Positions 60,284-64,000 of a stretch of DNA of 64,000 bases are shown here, in pieces; position 1 is the first letter of the stretch; every line of letters starts with the position of its first letter. The stretch comes from an uncultured Verrucomicrobiae bacterium. GTDB lineage: Bacteria > Verrucomicrobiota > Verrucomicrobiia > Chthoniobacterales > JAFAMB01. Both the position numbers and the translations under genes were made by a program. The DNA lies in NCBI GenBank assembly GCA_963813025.1, contig CAWEXO010000014.1:64001-128000 (forward strand), read 5' to 3'. Under the pieces are notes generated by a model, which saw only the letters and a program-made list of their open reading frames with translations, made no database searches and was not told where the DNA came from.

Positions 60284-61123
60284 ATGCGACTCTATAAAAC
60301 CTCCGATCAGTTAGCCGTTGAGTCTGACGGGAGATTCTATGCGGTGCCGGAACGTGACCTGGACATCTTGCTCAACGACCGCGATTTGGCGGGAGAACTC
60401 CAAAGAGCGATCTCGAGCGGGCAGTCCATTCCAGAGCCAGCAAATCTGGTGGCTCCGATCGGTTCTCAGGAAGTCTGGGGCGCTGGCGTCACCTACGAGC
60501 GCAGCAAACATGCTCGCGTCGCTGAGGCCGGACAAGGGGGCGACTTTTATACGCGCGTCTATGACGCCGAACGGCCGGAATTGTTCTTCAAATGCAATGC
60601 GTTCCGTGTGTGCGGACTGGGACAACCAATTCGGATCAGGCAAGACGCGCGCTGGAGTGTCCCCGAACCGGAGCTTACTCTCGTAATCAACCAGCGAGGA
60701 ACGATTGTCGGGTACACGATTGGCAATGATGTTTCTTCCAGGGATATCGAAGGTGAAAACCCGCTTTATCTGCCCCAAGCCAAACTTTACAACGGAAGTT
60801 GCGCGCTTGGCCCCGGGATCCTGGTGAGCGATCAAACGTTCGCCCCTTCGACCGAAATCAATTTGCGAATTTTTCGCGGCGCAAGCTTGCACTTTAGCGG
60901 CACGACGTCACTCGCTCGGATGCGACGCAAGTTTTCCGTGCTGGTCGAGTATTTATACCGCGAACTCGATTTCCCGATGGGCGCCTTTCTGATGACCGGC
61001 ACCGGGATTGTCCCACCGGACGATTTTACCTTGCAAGCCGGTGATGAGGTCAGGATCGCGATCGAGCCGGTCGGAGAATTGATAAACACGGTCGCTTCTT
61101 CCAAAGGGAAAGTGATATCTTAG
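60284..61123 (+). CDS. Fumarylacetoacetate hydrolase-family protein (KDX dehydratase-like)
   Basis: QEVWGAGVTY, VPEPEL, GNDVSSRDIEGENPLYLPQAK, TGTG. Confidence 0.93.
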   Translation: MRLYKTSDQLAVESDGRFYAVPERDLDILLNDRDLAGELQRAISSGQSIPEPANLVAPIGSQEVWGAGVTYERSKHARVAEAGQGGDFYTRVYDAERPELFFKCNAFRVCGLGQPIRIRQDARWSVPEPELTLVINQRGTIVGYTIGNDVSSRDIEGENPLYLPQAKLYNGSCALGPGILVSDQTFAPSTEINLRIFRGASLHFSGTTSLARMRRKFSVLVEYLYRELDFPMGAFLMTGTGIVPPDDFTLQAGDEVRIAIEPVGELINTVASSKGKVIS

Positions 61124-61298
61124 CGTGTCTTGGAGTGCGTGCGACTTGTCGCCGCTTTGAGATAGCGCGGAGCGCGGCCTAGACCGAGAACGGAACCGCA
61201 GAGTGCTGAATTCTCTCGCGAAAAAAACTGTTTTATCGAGAGCCGCGCTCCGCGCGGTCCGAAAGCGGCGACAGGTCGCACGCACTCCAAGACGCGCT
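61122..61298. repeat. GAGTGCG...CGCACTC-type palindrome between convergent genes
   Basis: gtcttggagtgcgtgcgacttgtcgccgcttt / aaagcggcgacaggtcgcacgcactccaagac. Confidence 0.9.
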
Positions 61299-61316
61299 CA
61301 AACGTACCTCCGCCTT

Positions 61317-62231
61317 CTAGTCCAGCCGCGCAACGACCACCAAATGTAAGTGGATCAAGTCGTTAACCAGATGTTTCCCCAGATAAGCGAAGAATTTCCC
61401 GGACCCGTATTGGACGTCCCAACGGGTTCGATCAAATTCCAGATGCGCTTGCGCGGCCAGCGTTCTCGAATCGGCCTGCCCGACGGTAGCCAAGAACGCA
61501 ACTTGATCGGTGACACCTTTCATGATCAACCGGCCAGTCAGGTGATAGCTGGGTGAGCCGGGTGTGCCTGCCGGAACCGGAGCAGCCGAGATAAGAACGA
61601 ATCGCGCCGCCGGGTATTTCGCGACGTCGAAGAAATCGTCGCTTGAAAGGTGCGCGATCAGCGTCTGGTTTAGCTGGGGATCCTTGAGGTCCTCGCAGGC
61701 CAGCGAATTCATGTTGATCTCGAACATCGCGTCTTCGAGCCGGCCTTCGCGCACCTCAAACCTGCCATCGTTGAAACGCAGCGTCCCGGAGTGGGAGTTT
61801 GCCAGATTGGAGCCCGTCCACTTGATGACGCTTTTCTCCAGATCGAGCCGGTACGACCCGCTCAAGGGTTCCTGCGAGGGTTGGTCCGCGTGCGGTTGTC
61901 CCTCCAGCCGAAAGCCTTTCTTGCGCCATTCCTCCAGACCACCGGCAAATTCCCAAACATCCGTAAAACCGGCCTTCTGGAGTTTATCCGCGGCCATCGA
62001 CGCCTCCCGGGACGCGGGACCGGCTCCGTAAACCACCACGGGCTGGGTCGGGTCCGTGACAGCATGGTGGACCTGATCGAGAAAATCGATTTCATAGACT
62101 GTCGCTCGATGAGCCCCTGGCAGATGCTCCCAGCCATAGCTTTCCTCCGGCAGAACATGCAGAAGAACCGGCGGTTCGATCTCTTTCAGCCAATCGTTCA
62201 CCCGCTCCGCGGCGATAGGTCTTGCACTCAC
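61317..62231 (-). CDS. Rhodanese-YceI fusion protein
   Basis: HLPGA, GGLEEW (rhodanese); HLSSDDFFDVAKYP, DRTRWDV (YceI); GTG start with AGGAG upstream. Confidence 0.88.
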   Translation of the reverse strand: MSARPIAAERVNDWLKEIEPPVLLHVLPEESYGWEHLPGAHRATVYEIDFLDQVHHAVTDPTQPVVVYGAGPASREASMAADKLQKAGFTDVWEFAGGLEEWRKKGFRLEGQPHADQPSQEPLSGSYRLDLEKSVIKWTGSNLANSHSGTLRFNDGRFEVREGRLEDAMFEINMNSLACEDLKDPQLNQTLIAHLSSDDFFDVAKYPAARFVLISAAPVPAGTPGSPSYHLTGRLIMKGVTDQVAFLATVGQADSRTLAAQAHLEFDRTRWDVQYGSGKFFAYLGKHLVNDLIHLHLVVVARLD

Positions 62232-62235
62232 GCTC

Positions 62236-62604
62236 CTAGCCGGCCCGCGGCTCAACCCGCGAAAGACGCTGTTTCAAGTACGAAGTGAGAATCGGCCTTG
62301 CAACCGACCAGATGCTGCCCCAGATGATTCCCGCCAGGACACCAGTTTTGGCTTCCTTCGCGATTTTCTGGTGAGTCCTGTCATGAATGTAGATCTTCTC
62401 CTTCCGGGACGGCAATCGGGACAATATCCATCCCACGATTGCGGCGAGGCTTAGCCATCCCCAGGAGTATTTCTCAAAGGTCTTCGAAAATCTCAGCGGA
62501 ACATTGAGACTGTAACGCACGCCACCGGCGCTATCGAGCAGGTCGGTGCGCGCGCGCGAGAGTTGCGCGATCAATCGTTCTTTGTCTTCGTCCGAGCGAG
62601 CCAC
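62236..62604 (-). CDS. YqjK-like membrane protein
   Basis: KERLIAQLSRAR + hydrophobic segments; third gene of a yqjDEK-like operon. Confidence 0.65.
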   Translation of the reverse strand: MARSDEDKERLIAQLSRARTDLLDSAGGVRYSLNVPLRFSKTFEKYSWGWLSLAAIVGWILSRLPSRKEKIYIHDRTHQKIAKEAKTGVLAGIIWGSIWSVARPILTSYLKQRLSRVEPRAG

Positions 62605-62990
62605 GAGCGGTCCTTCTTTAGTTCTGCACGAGTCAGTGGATAGATTGGCTTGGTAATACGGAAGCGCAGAACAACAGCGGAAACCGCGCTGAGTAAAAGA
62701 ACCACGCCACCGCAGATGAGCGCGCTCCAGCCCCACTCGATGCCAAAAAGCCGCATCACCAGGTAAAGCAAAAACACGCTGAAAAGTAAGAGGAACGCGA
62801 CAAAAAGGGCGACCGTGGCGGAAAAGAGCAAAATGAGGATCAAAAGATGAAGACCGGCTTCCTTCGACTCTATTCCAAGCAAACGGAGTTTAAGTTCCAA
62901 GTACCGTAAGAACGCGGCGACCCAGTGTTTGACTGAGTCGCTCGTTGATAGCTTTTCCGGAGTGGCTTGCGCAGAAGCCTCCGCGTCCAT
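62571..62990 (-). CDS. YqjE/phage holin superfamily membrane protein
   Basis: ELKLRLLGIE, two TM helices, TRAELKKDRSW. Confidence 0.8.
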   Translation of the reverse strand: MDAEASAQATPEKLSTSDSVKHWVAAFLRYLELKLRLLGIESKEAGLHLLILILLFSATVALFVAFLLLFSVFLLYLVMRLFGIEWGWSALICGGVVLLLSAVSAVVLRFRITKPIYPLTRAELKKDRSWLARTKTKND

Positions 62991-63007
62991 GGCTTGGTTG
63001 CCCAAAG

Positions 63008-63334
63008 CTATTTCCGAAACATGAGTCCGAGAAGGAAACCGGCTCCGAGCGCAATTAAGACCGCTTTAGCGGGATTTTCTCGCACATAAGCCTCGCCGTC
63101 AGATTGCCATGTTTTCGCCCGATCCTGGGCATCCGACCAGGCGCTTTGGGCCGCGCCCTGGAATTCATTTGCCTTGCGTTGGGCGTGGAAACGCAGCTCG
63201 TCGGCTTTTTTCTCGGCTGCCCGTCTAATCTCTTCGGCTTTGGCGCTTGCCGCATCCTTGAAATCCTGGGCTGCCGCTTTCACATGATCCTTACCTGTCT
63301 CAGCCGCAGTATGAGACTCAGTCTGTTCATCCAT
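63008..63334 (-). CDS. ElaB/YqjD (DUF883) tail-anchored protein
   Basis: YVRENPAKAVLIALGAGFLLG. Confidence 0.88.
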   Translation of the reverse strand: MDEQTESHTAAETGKDHVKAAAQDFKDAASAKAEEIRRAAEKKADELRFHAQRKANEFQGAAQSAWSDAQDRAKTWQSDGEAYVRENPAKAVLIALGAGFLLGLMFRK

Positions 63335-63446
63335 AGATATTTCCTCTGGTGGAATTGATCGTTAAATGGCGTTATTAGTTCGCTCCGAGTCTCTCGTTGA
63401 CGGCAGGAAAAAGCAAGAGCAGGGGAAGCCCTGAAACTCCTATCAG

Positions 63447-63665
63447 TCAAATCTCCCGAAAAATGATCCGGGCTTTGCCTAGGTCGTACGGCGAAATTTC
63501 AATCTCGACTTTGTCGCCTGGCACAATCCGGATAAAATTCTTGCGCATCTTCCCGCTGATATGGGCCAAAACCTTTTGCCTATTCGGCAGGGCCACCCGA
63601 AACATGGTGTTCGGCAGGATCTCGGTAACAATGCCTTCAACAATGAGAGGGGCTTCCTTTGGCAT
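63447..63665 (-). CDS. infA: Translation initiation factor IF-1
   Basis: [26 protein letters not shown]; 72 aa. Confidence 0.97.
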   Translation of the reverse strand: MPKEAPLIVEGIVTEILPNTMFRVALPNRQKVLAHISGKMRKNFIRIVPGDKVEIEISPYDLGKARIIFREI

Positions 63666-63762
63666 GGCGACTCCCGGTAATATGCCTGGAACCGCTTGCC
63701 GCTCAAATACCTGCATCGCTCGCAATTCGGGGAATTGGCGAGCGATGCGGGTTTTGGCAGCG

Positions 63763-64000
63763 TCAACGGGTGTTTTTTACTTCGTCAATCAGGTCGGAGA
63801 ATACCCCGAAAAAGTACGTCGCATCGTGTGGGCCCGGAGCAGCCTCCGGATGATACTGGACGCTGAACATCGGAGAATCGCGGTGCCGTAATCCTTCGAC
63901 TGTCTGATCGTTCAGATTGATGTGCGAAACCTCAATATTCGAAGGCAGAGATTCCGCATCTACCGCGAAGCCGTGGTTTTGCGAGGTGATTGCGACCTTC
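63763..64000 (-). CDS. carA: Carbamoyl-phosphate synthase small subunit, 3' end (not in the ORF track)
   Basis: Manual translation: [11 protein letters not shown]...[10 protein letters not shown]...[15 protein letters not shown]. Confidence 0.95.
   Translation of the reverse strand, partial: KVAITSQNHGFAVDAESLPSNIEVSHINLNDQTVEGLRHRDSPMFSVQYHPEAAPGPHDATYFFGVFSDLIDEVKNTR

Noticed and set aside
62571..62990. Holin as sign of a prophage
   Set aside because: Part of a housekeeping yqjD-yqjE-yqjK-like operon; no phage genes present
1..64000. tRNA, rRNA, CRISPR arrays, integrases
   Set aside because: None recognised by eye; a covariance-model scan would be needed to exclude small RNAs

Overview
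A GC-rich bacterial chromosomal window. Gene content and intergenic repeat style suggest a soil Verrucomicrobiota (Chthoniobacterales-like) genome; this is an inference. Core and metabolic genes include mutL, ybeY, ppk2, fabG, ftsH, ychF, trpA, dps, fdhD, queE/queD, infA and the 3' end of carA. Also present are a type II secretion pseudopilin/secretin cluster, a sigma54 two-component locus, tandem Deg proteases, a divergent diadenylate-cyclase-domain gene and two transglutaminase genes. The first 5.7 kb is a pile-up of insertion sequences: an IS110 (1244-4361) interrupted by an IS256 (1939-3354, 9-bp target duplication), next to an IS630 (4390-5513) inserted in a hexamer repeat. The main discovery is 39 kb away. 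mobA is split by two identical tandem 122-bp non-coding elements whose ends are the IS110 ends. Both insertion sites share TAGCT-AG with an AG core. The IS110 5' non-coding region carries that target 7-mer and the donor-end 7-mer in bridge-RNA order. This points to a bridge recombinase plus a non-autonomous mini-element that inserts without target duplication and could act as a reversible gene switch. Also notable: a partial mutL duplication positioned to delete mutL, several long palindromic repeat families, and single-base frameshifts, several in homopolymers, that may be sequencing errors.
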